Assembly (NCBI GenBank): GCA_016936665.1
Contig: JAFGXI010000017.1
Location: 114,672 to 178,671, forward strand
Reading direction: 5' to 3'
From: Bacteroidales bacterium
GTDB taxonomy: Bacteria > Bacteroidota > Bacteroidia > Bacteroidales > JAFGXI01
Length of the DNA: 64,000 bases
Part shown: one piece after another, positions 29,864-40,253 of the stretch
Numbering within the stretch: the stretch's first letter is position 1
Layout of the letters: each line of letters begins with the position of its first letter
Made by a program: the position numbers and the translations under genes
Notes under the pieces: model-generated
The model's input: only the letters and a program-made list of their open reading frames with translations
What the model was told of the DNA's origin: nothing
The model's database searches: none

Positions 29864-32023
29864 ATGAAATACGTTGTATTACTTACGCTTTTCTTAGTAG
29901 CAATATTAGGTCGTTCTGAAAAGATTATTTCTTTAAATCATGGGAACATCGACGATGTTAATTTCCCGGAGTATATTTATATACTCGAGGATGCTGAAGG
30001 CAAATTTTCTTTAGAACAAGTAATATTAGCTAAACATAATCTCTTCGAACAAAATCACCAGGCTTTAATTAATTTAGGCTTTACTTCTTCTGTGTACTGG
30101 CTGAGATTTTCTGTAAAAAACGAGACTAAATCGCTACAAAACTTCGTATTTGCTATCCAAAATCCATTAATAGCTAAAATAGATTTTATTGGAATTAAAA
30201 ACAACAAACCTTTCGAGCACATTCGAACAGGCGAATCCAGACCATATATCAGTCGTAACATTCAAAACAGGAATTTTTTATTCGACCTAACTATAGAATC
30301 CGGACAACAACTCGATTATTATGTTAGAGTAGATAACCAAGGTGGGCCATTACAAATTCCAATGGTTATCAGTCCATACCAAAGTTATTTAAACAACGAC
30401 CATGGAAAATTTATTGGTTTGGGTGGTTTAATGGGAATGTTTGTTCTTATTATAGTTATCAATCTTTTTATTTTGATTATCGATAAAGCCCGATTCAATA
30501 TTTATTACACTATATATGTAGCTATACTTACACTTTTTATCGCCAATGTTTCGGGCTTGAATTATGAATTTATTTGGCCTTCGAATCCTACAATTCAGAG
30601 ATACGCAACCTTAGTTTTTGGTAGTTTTGCCAATGTTTTTTTAATATTATTCTCACAACAATTCTTCAACCTTCAGCGATTTTTTTACAGAATCTATAAA
30701 ATATCAAATCTGTTAATTCTTTTTTCATTTCTTATAATTAGTATCTCATTTTGGAATACAAGTTCGTACGTATTAGCATTAAAACTGCTCAATATTTATT
30801 CGTTGGTAACAATCGTGTTTTTAACTCTAACAGCCATTAGAGGGGTAACTAAAAACATGAAGATACATTATTACTTTATGCTATCGTTCTTCTTTTTTTT
30901 ATTGGGCGTTGGCTCTTTTGTAAGCTATAATTTGGGTTTTCACAACCAACGAACATGGGCATACGGAGGGTTGTATTTGGGTTTTCTATCAGAAGTTATT
31001 CTTTTGATGTTCGCCGTTTTACATAAATATCGAAAAATTGAACTTCAGACCAATCAGGAGCTCGAATACATTGTAAAAGAGCGAACTCATGAACTTGAAA
31101 TTCAAAAGCAAGAATTATTGGAACAAAAAACCGAAATTATTTACCAACGCGATAAAATTATAGCACAGCACAGGAGAGCTTTAAAACAATCCGAAATCAT
31201 CAGCAAAAAAAATAATGAAATTAATTCGAGTATAGCCTACGCAAAAATCATTCAGAATGCTGTAATGCCTCCAAAATCGTTGCTCGATAAATCGTTCAAA
31301 TCGTACTTTATTTTAAATCAGCCCAAAGAGGTTATTGGTGGAGACTTTTATTGGTTTCACGAAAAAAACCAGAGAGCATATTTGGCTGTTGCCGATTGTA
31401 CAGGACACGGTATTCCGTGCGCTATGATAAGTATGTTGGGTATTGCTGCGTTGAACGAAATAATGCTTAAAACCAATGAGTTAACCCCATCAGAAATTCT
31501 CAATAAGTTAAGCAGCGTTGTGAGTCGCTCGCTACACCAAAGGGGAGAAATGGGTGAGACAAAAGATAGTATGGACATCAGCCTATGTATGATTGATAAA
31601 ATTACCAACACACTTTTAATGTCTGGTTCTAACAATCCGATTTACATTTACAGAGAAGAAGCTCCAACAGAACACGCCTCATATATTGCAAATTACGAAT
31701 TTGACGACAATTCGCTTATGGTGGTTATGCCCGATAAACTGACCATTGGTTATAACGAAAATCTGAATTTAAGCTTTACCGACAAAAAAATAAATTTAAT
31801 GACCAACGATATGATTTATCTTTTTTCGGATGGGTACATCGACCAATTTGGAGGATACAGTGGTAAAAAACTCAAACGAAATAAATTTAGAAAACTACTT
31901 TCCGAAAATGCCAGCATCGACAGTCAGCGAATGCAACATCAACATTTAGAAAAACACTTCGAACAATGGTCGGTGGGCCACGAACAAATAGACGACGTTA
32001 TGGTTTTGGGAGTCCGGTATTAA
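29864..32023 (+). CDS. 7TM-DISM receptor fused to SpoIIE/PP2C phosphatase
   Basis: LGFTSSVYWLRF (DISMED2), seven TM helices, VKERT coiled coil, GGDFY, ADCTGHG, SDGYIDQFGG, DDVMV. Confidence 0.85.
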   Translation: MKYVVLLTLFLVAILGRSEKIISLNHGNIDDVNFPEYIYILEDAEGKFSLEQVILAKHNLFEQNHQALINLGFTSSVYWLRFSVKNETKSLQNFVFAIQNPLIAKIDFIGIKNNKPFEHIRTGESRPYISRNIQNRNFLFDLTIESGQQLDYYVRVDNQGGPLQIPMVISPYQSYLNNDHGKFIGLGGLMGMFVLIIVINLFILIIDKARFNIYYTIYVAILTLFIANVSGLNYEFIWPSNPTIQRYATLVFGSFANVFLILFSQQFFNLQRFFYRIYKISNLLILFSFLIISISFWNTSSYVLALKLLNIYSLVTIVFLTLTAIRGVTKNMKIHYYFMLSFFFFLLGVGSFVSYNLGFHNQRTWAYGGLYLGFLSEVILLMFAVLHKYRKIELQTNQELEYIVKERTHELEIQKQELLEQKTEIIYQRDKIIAQHRRALKQSEIISKKNNEINSSIAYAKIIQNAVMPPKSLLDKSFKSYFILNQPKEVIGGDFYWFHEKNQRAYLAVADCTGHGIPCAMISMLGIAALNEIMLKTNELTPSEILNKLSSVVSRSLHQRGEMGETKDSMDISLCMIDKITNTLLMSGSNNPIYIYREEAPTEHASYIANYEFDDNSLMVVMPDKLTIGYNENLNLSFTDKKINLMTNDMIYLFSDGYIDQFGGYSGKKLKRNKFRKLLSENASIDSQRMQHQHLEKHFEQWSVGHEQIDDVMVLGVRY

Positions 32024-32100
32024 CAAGTCTCTAATTTTTATTCTATTCGCAGAAGAGCATTTCTACTCCACTTTGGTTTTTTGGGTTGAAAGCAATCAAA

Positions 32101-32133
32101 AAAAAATAAGCCGCCATACTCAAAGCGACTTAT
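32101..32133 (-). terminator. Terminator downstream of tRNA-Arg
   Basis: Minus strand ATAAGTCGC...GCGGCTTAT followed by U-tract. Confidence 0.55.
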
Positions 32134-32144
32134 TAATGTTTTAG

Positions 32145-32218
32145 TGACCGCAGAAGGACTCGAACCCTCAACCCTCAGAGCCGAAATCTGATGTTCTATC
32201 CAATTGAACTATGCGGCC
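32145..32218 (-). tRNA. tRNA-Arg(UCG)
   Basis: Minus strand GGCCGCATAGTTCAATTGGATAGAACA-TCAGA-TT-TCG-GC-TCTGA-GGGTT-GAGGGTTCGAGTCCTTC-TGCGGTCA cloverleaf; no encoded CCA; TACTTTCG promoter-like motif at 32230-32237. Confidence 0.95.
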
Positions 32219-32252
32219 ATTCCGATGTGCGAAAGTATAGAATTTATAAATT

Positions 32253-33548
32253 TTATAAAACTATTTTTTTCGAAATTATCAGACCATCGTCCTGAATAAA
32301 CTTTACAATCCATACAGAATTACGATCTGTAACAGGAATACTAAGTTGATCCTTGCCATTTGTTGGTTGTTGCCAAAGCTTTTCTCCCTTTATAGAATAT
32401 ATCTCAATGGACTTTGTTGATTGAAGCCGACTAAAAATAACAGACTGCACATTTACCTGCACTTTTATCCCAAATTCTGATTGCACAGATAAAAGATCAG
32501 TTGTTAAATCGATAAGTTGCATTGACGTATCGTTTATACATGTGCTATTAGCAATGAGTGTAATTATATAATTGCTATAATTGGCAAACGAATACACCGG
32601 GTTAATTTGTGTAGAATGTGGCGATCCATCGCCAAAATCCCACTCAAAGCTAACAGCATGTATCGACTGATTTACAAATGAAATTTCTGTGCCATCAATT
32701 TGATAATCGAAATCGGCAATTGTACTAATGCCATTGTCTACCCAAACTATATTTGTAAAATCGTAGGTTTGCGATGTCACAGAATCCTCTAATAAATATT
32801 CGTATTCTGATGTAAATAAACTATTGGCAACCGATTGCAAATACAAAGCTTCCTCTTCTGGAATTGTAGAATAAAAGTCGGAAACCACAGGATTATGAAA
32901 AATTGAATTGTAAAAAACACATGCCGTCAAATAAGTTCCGTATACAGAAGGGTGGCTTTCGTCGCTGGAATATAGATCGATGCCCGGGTATTGGCCATCT
33001 TCTATAGCCTTTTTCCATGCCATACCAACCGGAGCCATAGAGGCATTATTTTGTGTAGTCATGGTATAATAACCAACTAATAAACGATCGTTCATTCCCT
33101 CGAAAGTGCAAACAGGTGGCCAATCGGCGCAATTATAGCTATCGCCATATTTTCTTCCCCATGTTTCGTAAAACAAAATTTCGGAACACACACTATTGGC
33201 TTTAATAGAATCTGAAATTTGCTTTGCATAAGGAAAAACTTCATTTTCTATCTGCTCTACCGGCCACGAAGGCTCTTGGCTTTGTGCTTGAAGAATAACA
33301 AAATCCCAAACTCTACTTTTAATCTTCGTATATGTCGTCGCATTTGCCGCGTGGTTGAGCAATCTGTAACCTCCGGGAGTACTTTGATCGGTATAAAGGG
33401 AATCGCCCATAGAAGAGCTCAATTGCCTAAGTATTCCCGGTAAATCGTTTACATAAGTATAGCTGTTACCCAAAAACAAAGCTGTTTTCTGAGCATTCAA
33501 ATTGAGCATGTAAAAAAAAGTTACAGCTAAAATGGTAAATCGTATCAT
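32253..33548 (-). CDS. Secreted SGNH-like hydrolase (DUF4886-like) with PKD domain and probable T9SS C-terminal signal
   Basis: FLGNSYT and DESHP catalytic blocks, FEWDFGDG PKD motif, IEIYSIKG...KKIVL tail; start set at ATG 33548. Confidence 0.75.
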   Translation of the reverse strand: MIRFTILAVTFFYMLNLNAQKTALFLGNSYTYVNDLPGILRQLSSSMGDSLYTDQSTPGGYRLLNHAANATTYTKIKSRVWDFVILQAQSQEPSWPVEQIENEVFPYAKQISDSIKANSVCSEILFYETWGRKYGDSYNCADWPPVCTFEGMNDRLLVGYYTMTTQNNASMAPVGMAWKKAIEDGQYPGIDLYSSDESHPSVYGTYLTACVFYNSIFHNPVVSDFYSTIPEEEALYLQSVANSLFTSEYEYLLEDSVTSQTYDFTNIVWVDNGISTIADFDYQIDGTEISFVNQSIHAVSFEWDFGDGSPHSTQINPVYSFANYSNYIITLIANSTCINDTSMQLIDLTTDLLSVQSEFGIKVQVNVQSVIFSRLQSTKSIEIYSIKGEKLWQQPTNGKDQLSIPVTDRNSVWIVKFIQDDGLIISKKIVL

Positions 33549-33609
33549 TTCTCTTAATTTTGTTTGTTCGTCCATAGACGATATTAAAGTTGTAACGTTG
33601 CCAATATAA

Positions 33610-35478
33610 ATGATCTTTCAAAACACATATACGCCACGATGGTACATTTTCATCATCGATTTTTTAATCGTAACCATCTCCATTTTACTGGCTTACCTTT
33701 TACGTTTTAACTTTCTCGTGCCCGTTGAGTACCTTCATAGTTTGGAGTATGTACTACCCCTTATGCTATCTGTGAGAATTATTGGTTTTGTTTGGGGGAA
33801 GACCTATGCCGGCATTATTCGTTACACAAGCTCCAAAGATGCCGAAAGAATCTTTTTAGTTATCTCACTAGGAACCTTAGTATTATTCATTTTAAATGTA
33901 GCCAGCTATTTTTTCAACGAAAACACGTTCTTAATTCCAATGTCGATAATAATAATCGACATGCTTACCTCCATCTTTCTACTTACCAGTTTTAGAATTA
34001 TTGTTAAGTCCCTGTATTTCAATTTGAATTTATCTAAAGACGAACGTAAAAATATAGTAATATACGGTGCCGGCGAACTTGGGCTCATTACGAAAAGAGC
34101 TTTAGACAGAGATAGCGAAATCGGTTACAACACAGTTGCTTTTATAGACGATAATAAATTAGGACAAAACCAAAGATTAGAAAGAATTACAATATTGGCT
34201 CCGAACCAACTAGAGCAAATTGCAGAACGACATAAAATCTCTACTCTAATTTTTGCTAAAAAAAATATCCCTTCTGAAATTAAAAATAAGATAGCCGATT
34301 TTTGTTTAAACAATAATATTAAGATTCAGCATGTTCCCAATGTTCAGCATTGGATAAACGGAGAATTAAGTTCTAAGCAAATAAGAAATATAAAAATTGA
34401 AGACCTGCTACAACGCGAGCCTATCATTCTTTCGGAAGAGGATATTCGAGCAGAAATATTAGGCAAGAGCATTTTAGTTACCGGTGCTGCAGGTTCTATT
34501 GGCAGCGAAATTGTTAGGCAGCTCACTAGATATCAGCCAAAAACAATTATTTTATACGATCAGGCAGAGTCGCCACTTTACGATTTGGAATTGCACTTAA
34601 GTGAGGAACTCCATTTCCATAATGCAAAAATTATAATTGGAGATGTTCGAAACAAAAACAGACTCGAATACATTTTCGAGCGTTATAAACCTAGTATAGT
34701 ATATCATGCGGCGGCATACAAGCACGTGCCCATGATGGAAAAAAACCCTGTAGAAGCTATTTCTACAAACATCTTGGGGACTAAAAACCTAGCCGATTTA
34801 TCTAAGGCATACGAGGTTAAAAAATTTGTCTTCGTTTCTACCGACAAAGCCGTTAATCCTACAAATGTAATGGGCGCTTCGAAACGCATTGCAGAGATTT
34901 ACATCCAGTCGTTAAACCAAATCGCATCTACACAATTTATTACCACACGATTTGGCAATGTCTTAGGCTCTAATGGGTCGGTGATTCCTCGCTTTAGAAA
35001 GCAAATTGAAAATGGTGGACCAGTTACAATTACACATCCGGAGATTACCCGTTTTTTTATGACCATTCCAGAGGCTTGCCAATTGGTGCTAGAAGCTGGC
35101 GCTAAAGGCAATGGTGGCGAAATCTTTGTATTCGACATGGGCAAATCGGTTAAAATTGTCGATTTAGCTAAAAAGATGATTAAACTATACGGGCTTAATT
35201 TGGGCATAGATATTCAAATTCAATATACCGGCCTTCGACCCGGCGAAAAACTTTACGAAGAGTTATTAAATATTGCAGAAAACACCATTCCTACACATCA
35301 TAATAAAATATTAAAAGCTAAAGTAAGAGAATACCAACTCGACGAAATTACAGCCGACATTCTCGAATTAATAGAATTGGCAAAAGGCTACGATAATTAC
35401 AAAATGGTAGGAAAAATGAAAGCCATTGTGCCAGAATTTATTAGTAAAAACTCTAGTTACGAAACCCTCGACCAATGA
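33610..35478 (+). CDS. Nucleoside-diphosphate sugar 4,6-dehydratase (PglF/CapD/WbpM type)
   Basis: Four TM helices, IEDLLQREP, VTGAAGSIGSE, HAAAYKHVP, STDKAVNPTNVMGASK, GLRPGEKLYEE. Confidence 0.93.
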   Translation: MIFQNTYTPRWYIFIIDFLIVTISILLAYLLRFNFLVPVEYLHSLEYVLPLMLSVRIIGFVWGKTYAGIIRYTSSKDAERIFLVISLGTLVLFILNVASYFFNENTFLIPMSIIIIDMLTSIFLLTSFRIIVKSLYFNLNLSKDERKNIVIYGAGELGLITKRALDRDSEIGYNTVAFIDDNKLGQNQRLERITILAPNQLEQIAERHKISTLIFAKKNIPSEIKNKIADFCLNNNIKIQHVPNVQHWINGELSSKQIRNIKIEDLLQREPIILSEEDIRAEILGKSILVTGAAGSIGSEIVRQLTRYQPKTIILYDQAESPLYDLELHLSEELHFHNAKIIIGDVRNKNRLEYIFERYKPSIVYHAAAYKHVPMMEKNPVEAISTNILGTKNLADLSKAYEVKKFVFVSTDKAVNPTNVMGASKRIAEIYIQSLNQIASTQFITTRFGNVLGSNGSVIPRFRKQIENGGPVTITHPEITRFFMTIPEACQLVLEAGAKGNGGEIFVFDMGKSVKIVDLAKKMIKLYGLNLGIDIQIQYTGLRPGEKLYEELLNIAENTIPTHHNKILKAKVREYQLDEITADILELIELAKGYDNYKMVGKMKAIVPEFISKNSSYETLDQ

Positions 35479-35915
35479 TTGTTGTTCCTGATAAAACCCT
35501 GTGGCATAAAACCGATGTTCAAATCCGTTTCAACGATATCGACATTGCTGCACACGTGAATAATGCTGTGTATCAAAATTACTTCGACTTAGCTAAAACC
35601 CATTTTTTCGATGCCATTTTTGGAGAAGTAATCGACTGGAAAATAAAAGGTTTGGTATTGGTTCATATCGAAATAGATTACTACCAACCAACTTATCTGG
35701 AAGAACAAATAGAGGTAGAATCGACCATGACTAAAATAGGAAAGAAAAGCTTCGACATGGTGCAAGTTGTAAGAAAAAAAGGAACAAAAGGAGAAGAAAG
35801 TATTAAATGCGTGAGTCGCTCTGTTATGGTAGGTTATCATTACAGAGATGCCTATTCGTTCGACTTACCCGATGCATGGATTGAAAAAATTAAGCAGTAC
35901 GACCATACCATATAA
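35475..35915 (+). CDS. Acyl-CoA thioesterase (4HBT/YbgC family)
   Basis: IRFNDIDIAAHVNNAVY. Confidence 0.9.
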   Translation: MIVVPDKTLWHKTDVQIRFNDIDIAAHVNNAVYQNYFDLAKTHFFDAIFGEVIDWKIKGLVLVHIEIDYYQPTYLEEQIEVESTMTKIGKKSFDMVQVVRKKGTKGEESIKCVSRSVMVGYHYRDAYSFDLPDAWIEKIKQYDHTI

Positions 35916-35969
35916 AGCAGAAAAAAACTTAACTTTAAACCCAATTTCCAATCAAACCAAAAATTAAAA

Positions 35970-37922
35970 ATGAAACGACTGTTATCAATACTTGCTTTAA
36001 TAATAGTTTCCGGATATCTGTTAGCGCAAGAAAGCATCCCGTTTAAAAAAGAATTTTTCGAAGGTAAAATTGGTTTCGAAGAAGCTAAAAACAACTTTTT
36101 AGAAGGCAACGACTTCTTTGCCGAAAACAACTATTTTGCTGCACTTCCCTTCTATAAAAAAGCCTTTGAGTTCAACCCAAACAACGATCAACTTAATTTG
36201 AATATGGGTATTGCTTATTTGCACACATCCGAAAAACATAAAGCCCTCGAGCATTTGGCAAAAGCATACAAGCTAAACCCCGAAGTTTCCGAATTGATGC
36301 CATTATACTTTGCAAGAGCCAATCATTATATTTTAGAATTCGAGAGCGCTATCGATTATTACAACGCTTACAAAGCCGAGCTAACCGACGATAAAGAAAC
36401 CAAAACAATTAATAAATACATCGAAGAATGCAACAATGGTATTGCCCTGAGAGATAACAGGGCTGTTGGCTTAATTGTAAACATTAGAGAATTAAACTCC
36501 GAATATGCCGACTTTAGCCCAATGATTTCCGCTGACCAATCGACTATCATTTTTACGTCGCGACGACAAATTGGTAACGGCGAAAAAGATCCTTTCGACA
36601 TGCAGTATTACGAAAATATTTTCATCAGTTATTTCGAAAATAATAAATGGTCTGAACCTCAACCTATTTCTGAAGATCTAAACTCAAAATACCACGACGC
36701 CAATGTAGGAATCGATAACGACGGGCAAACCATATATGTGTATAACTACACCGAAGGTAAAGGCGACATTTACAAAACAACTTTAGATGGGAAAATATGG
36801 TCGGCTCCTATTTTACTTCCCGAACCAATCAATTCGCCTTACAACGAGAAATGCGTGAGTGTTTCCCCCGACTTGAAAACCTTGTATTTTGTAAGCGATC
36901 GCCCTGGTGGAAAAGGCGGATTAGACATTTATTACACCCAAAAAGATGCGAACGGAAACTATGGTCCTGCCCAAAATATTGGCGACATTATCAATACCGA
37001 ATACGATGAGGATGGCATTTTCGTTCATCCGGATGGTACTGCTTTATATTTCAGTTCGAAAGGGCATAATACCATGGGAGGTTACGATATTTTCAAAACC
37101 GAAAAAGATAGTCTTGGACAGTGGACTAAACCCATTAATTTAGGTCAACCTATTAATTCGGCCGACGACGATGTATTCTTATTTGTGACTCCTAACGGGC
37201 GAACAGGTTATTTTTCTTCGGTAAAAGAAGGAGGCATGGGCGAAAAGGACATCTATAAAATCAATTTCTCCGAAGACGACCCAGGTTTACTTAACAGCCA
37301 AATGATGCTCGTAACAGGTTTTGTCAAAGATGCAGTCACAAAAGCCCCTATTAAAGCTGAAATTATTATTACAGATAACGCTAAACAAGAAGTTATCTCT
37401 AAAGTTAATTCTAACCAAGAATCGGGTAAATTTACCATTACATTACCTTCCGGAATTAACTATGGTATAACTGCAACACGCCAAGACTATCTGTTCTACT
37501 CCGAAAACTTCGACTTAACCGATACTACGAGCTATTTGGAAATCGATTTAATGATGGAAATGAATAAAGTCGCGGAGAAATCTTCTTCCATTTTACGAAA
37601 TGTATTTTTCGATTATGGCAAGTCCGATTTAAAACCAGAATCTCAAATGGAGATTGACCGACTGTACCGTTTGATGATTTCGTATCCGAAAATGAAAATA
37701 GAAATATCCGGCCATACCGATAATGTCAGCTCTCAAAAATTCAATAAAGAGCTATCGAAAAAAAGAGCCAACTCTGTTGCTAACTACCTTATTAAAAAAG
37801 GGATAAAACGAGAACGATTTACAACCGAAGGTTATGGTTATTCGAAACCAATTGCCGACAACAAAACCGAAGAAGGTAGGCAAAAAAACAGAAGAGTTGA
37901 ATTTATAATAACATCATTTTAA
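35970..37922 (+). CDS. OmpA-family protein with TPR, PD40/WD40 and carboxypeptidase-regulatory-like domains (PorE-like architecture)
   Basis: TPRs, LYFVSDRPGGKGGLDIY repeats, FFDYGKS, GHTD, LSKKRA, NRRVEF. Confidence 0.88.
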   Translation: MKRLLSILALIIVSGYLLAQESIPFKKEFFEGKIGFEEAKNNFLEGNDFFAENNYFAALPFYKKAFEFNPNNDQLNLNMGIAYLHTSEKHKALEHLAKAYKLNPEVSELMPLYFARANHYILEFESAIDYYNAYKAELTDDKETKTINKYIEECNNGIALRDNRAVGLIVNIRELNSEYADFSPMISADQSTIIFTSRRQIGNGEKDPFDMQYYENIFISYFENNKWSEPQPISEDLNSKYHDANVGIDNDGQTIYVYNYTEGKGDIYKTTLDGKIWSAPILLPEPINSPYNEKCVSVSPDLKTLYFVSDRPGGKGGLDIYYTQKDANGNYGPAQNIGDIINTEYDEDGIFVHPDGTALYFSSKGHNTMGGYDIFKTEKDSLGQWTKPINLGQPINSADDDVFLFVTPNGRTGYFSSVKEGGMGEKDIYKINFSEDDPGLLNSQMMLVTGFVKDAVTKAPIKAEIIITDNAKQEVISKVNSNQESGKFTITLPSGINYGITATRQDYLFYSENFDLTDTTSYLEIDLMMEMNKVAEKSSSILRNVFFDYGKSDLKPESQMEIDRLYRLMISYPKMKIEISGHTDNVSSQKFNKELSKKRANSVANYLIKKGIKRERFTTEGYGYSKPIADNKTEEGRQKNRRVEFIITSF

Positions 37923-37928
37923 AACAAT

Positions 37929-39290
37929 ATGACAATTATTTTTTTACTCTCAGGTTTATTGCCTGGGATAGCATTAGCTTGGTTTGTATGGGCCAATGCA
38001 CAAAAAGAGCAACAAATCATTAACGATCGGATTCTCCAATTGGATGCCCAAGTCGAGCAAGTAAAAGAACTAAAAAATAATGCCGAGCAGGCAATGGCTG
38101 TAGCTTCTAGTCGTTTAGAAGATGAAAAAAGAGAGCATTATAATACTAAAAACGAAAGACAATCCATTCACGAAAAAAACGAATTACTTAATAAAGAAAA
38201 TGCATCCTTAGTGGCTGAAAACAAAAACTTTAAGCTTAGAATTGAAGAGCAAAAAATCGAATTAGAAAATCTAAATAAAAAGCTGACTACTGAATTTGAA
38301 AACATCGCGAACCGACTTCTAACCCAATCGGGAGAGAAACTACAAAAGCAAGGATCAGAGCAAATCGACACCATTTTAAAACCGTTTAAAGACCGTTTAA
38401 TAGAACTTAAAACACAAATAAGCGATACCTACGAAAAAGATACTCAACAACGCATCCGACTTCACGAACAAGTAAAACAGTTGGTCGAACTGAACAACCA
38501 AATTAGCCACGATGCTAAAAACCTTACCAATGCTTTAAAATCGAATAGCAAAGTGCAGGGCGATTGGGGCGAAGAGGTGCTTGAAAACATTCTCCAAAAT
38601 TCCGGTTTACGCAAAGGCTACGAATACGATCTTCAAAGCTCTTTTACCGACAACACCGGCAAAATTATGCGCCCCGACATGGTTGTTCATTACCCCGACC
38701 AACGCGATATAATTATCGATTCGAAAGTTTCGTTAACCGATTACGAACGGTATATTTCTGCAGAAACCATCGAGGAACAAGCCACGCATCTTAAGGCACA
38801 TTTGAATTCTATCAAACAGCACATCAAAGAATTAAGCGAGAAAAATTACCAAGACATCTACGAAATTGCAAGTTTAGATTTTGTAATGATGTTTATCCCT
38901 ATAGAAGGAGCTTATTACCTCGCCATGGAGCAAGACCGAGCGTTGTGGCAATACGCCTACGAGAAAAAAATTCTGCTTATCAATCCTACAAATTTGATTG
39001 CCGCTTTAAAAATGATTTCAAACCTTTGGCAACAAGACTTTCAAAATAAAAACGTAATGGAAATTGCCAGACAATCTGGTAATTTATACGATGCTTTTGT
39101 AATGCTATTAGACGATATTTCTAAGCTCGATAAAAAATTCAGCGAAACCACTGCTTTATTCGAAGGCGTGCAGAAAAGAATTTCTACCGGCAAGGGCAAT
39201 TTGATTTCGAGAGTTGAAAAATTAAAAGCGCTTGGCGCAAAAACTAAAAAAGATCTTCCGGATCAATATCAATCGGCGATAGAAGAATAA
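37929..39290 (+). CDS. rmuC: DNA recombination protein RmuC
   Basis: N-terminal TM, coiled coil, QGDWGE..LE, RPD...IIDSKVSL, DFVMMFIP. Confidence 0.93.
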   Translation: MTIIFLLSGLLPGIALAWFVWANAQKEQQIINDRILQLDAQVEQVKELKNNAEQAMAVASSRLEDEKREHYNTKNERQSIHEKNELLNKENASLVAENKNFKLRIEEQKIELENLNKKLTTEFENIANRLLTQSGEKLQKQGSEQIDTILKPFKDRLIELKTQISDTYEKDTQQRIRLHEQVKQLVELNNQISHDAKNLTNALKSNSKVQGDWGEEVLENILQNSGLRKGYEYDLQSSFTDNTGKIMRPDMVVHYPDQRDIIIDSKVSLTDYERYISAETIEEQATHLKAHLNSIKQHIKELSEKNYQDIYEIASLDFVMMFIPIEGAYYLAMEQDRALWQYAYEKKILLINPTNLIAALKMISNLWQQDFQNKNVMEIARQSGNLYDAFVMLLDDISKLDKKFSETTALFEGVQKRISTGKGNLISRVEKLKALGAKTKKDLPDQYQSAIEE

Positions 39291-39293
39291 ACA

Positions 39294-39785
39294 ATGCCTG
39301 AGCAAGTCATAAAAGCCAATCGTTTTTTCAACACACAGGTATTTGAAGGGCCTGTGATAATTGCCGATGGTGTTCAAACGCCCGATAATCTTGGTGCTAT
39401 TTTTCGCTTGGCTGGAAATATTGGATGCCCAAAAGTGGTGTTGACCGAACGCTCATCCTTATCCTCAATAAAAGTTGAAAAGATCGCCCGAAACAGCCTG
39501 CAATACATACAAATCGTCCAAATGACTTATCAGGAAATACAAGCGCATTTCCCTGTTTTATTGGCTGTAGAAACCTCGTCAGATGCTCAAAATATTTATC
39601 AAACAAAACTACCAAAAGAGCTAGCCATTGTGGTTGGAAATGAACGTTTTGGCATTGCTCCAGAAATGATAGAATTTTGCACAATTCAAACATATATTCC
39701 TATGCCCGGCAATGTAAAATCGCTCAACGTAAGTCATGCTTTATCGATTGCTTTATTTGAGTGGTACAGACAAAATTTCGAGTAG
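39294..39785 (+). CDS. TrmH/SpoU family RNA methyltransferase
   Basis: PDNLGAIFR, VGNERFGI, IPM.G.VKSLNVS SPOUT motifs. Confidence 0.88.
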   Translation: MPEQVIKANRFFNTQVFEGPVIIADGVQTPDNLGAIFRLAGNIGCPKVVLTERSSLSSIKVEKIARNSLQYIQIVQMTYQEIQAHFPVLLAVETSSDAQNIYQTKLPKELAIVVGNERFGIAPEMIEFCTIQTYIPMPGNVKSLNVSHALSIALFEWYRQNFE

Positions 39786-39854
39786 TAAGTTGAGGATCGT
39801 CGTAGTCAGAAATTTCGAAAAAATCACCTTTACACATTAATCAAACCAGTAGAT

Positions 39855-40034
39855 ATGCAAAAAGAAGAAATCAAATATGTGCTTAATTTATTCGCTTCGG
39901 ATGTAATAAAAGAAATAGAGCAAGCCATGAAGAAAGCAGATTGTAACCAATGCGCCAAAGGGTATTTCGATAGTGGTATGATTGTGAAAAAACGTTTAGA
40001 ATTGTTTTTGCAAAGACTGGAAGAGAAACTATAA
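39855..40034 (+). CDS. 59-aa small protein with CxxC motif (absent from ORF track)
   Basis: [59 protein letters not shown]; amphipathic helical pattern. Confidence 0.5.
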   Translation: MQKEEIKYVLNLFASDVIKEIEQAMKKADCNQCAKGYFDSGMIVKKRLELFLQRLEEKL

Positions 40035-40200
40035 ACAATTTACCTTCTGTATTTTCCCAATTTGTTCATTGTAGGCCGGTTTAAGTAATCCATTTTGCAC
40101 ATGGACTTCTCTCATTCGCATAAAGGTAGCATCACTGTCGGTTATGCTGTAGCTGTTTCTATCGCCTAAGGTTTCAAGTTTTTGCTCATATTTCTTTAAT
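40029..40200 (-). pseudogene. IS1182-family transposase fragment
   Basis: Minus frame [47 protein letters not shown] resembles the IS1182 motif RNSYSKTDxDATFMRMK...NGQLKPxYNxQ; no start codon before the motif; stops shortly after. Confidence 0.8.
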
Positions 40201-40253
40201 ATTCTATACTTTAAGCGTAATAAATATGATCGTATTTATAGAATATTAATCAT

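Noticed and set aside
32024-32252. tRNA-Arg as integration site of a genomic island
   Set aside because: No integrase in the window and no duplicated tRNA 3' end noticed
37929-39290. RmuC PD-(D/E)xK domain as a restriction or defence nuclease
   Set aside because: Widespread conserved gene with no methylase or defence partners nearby
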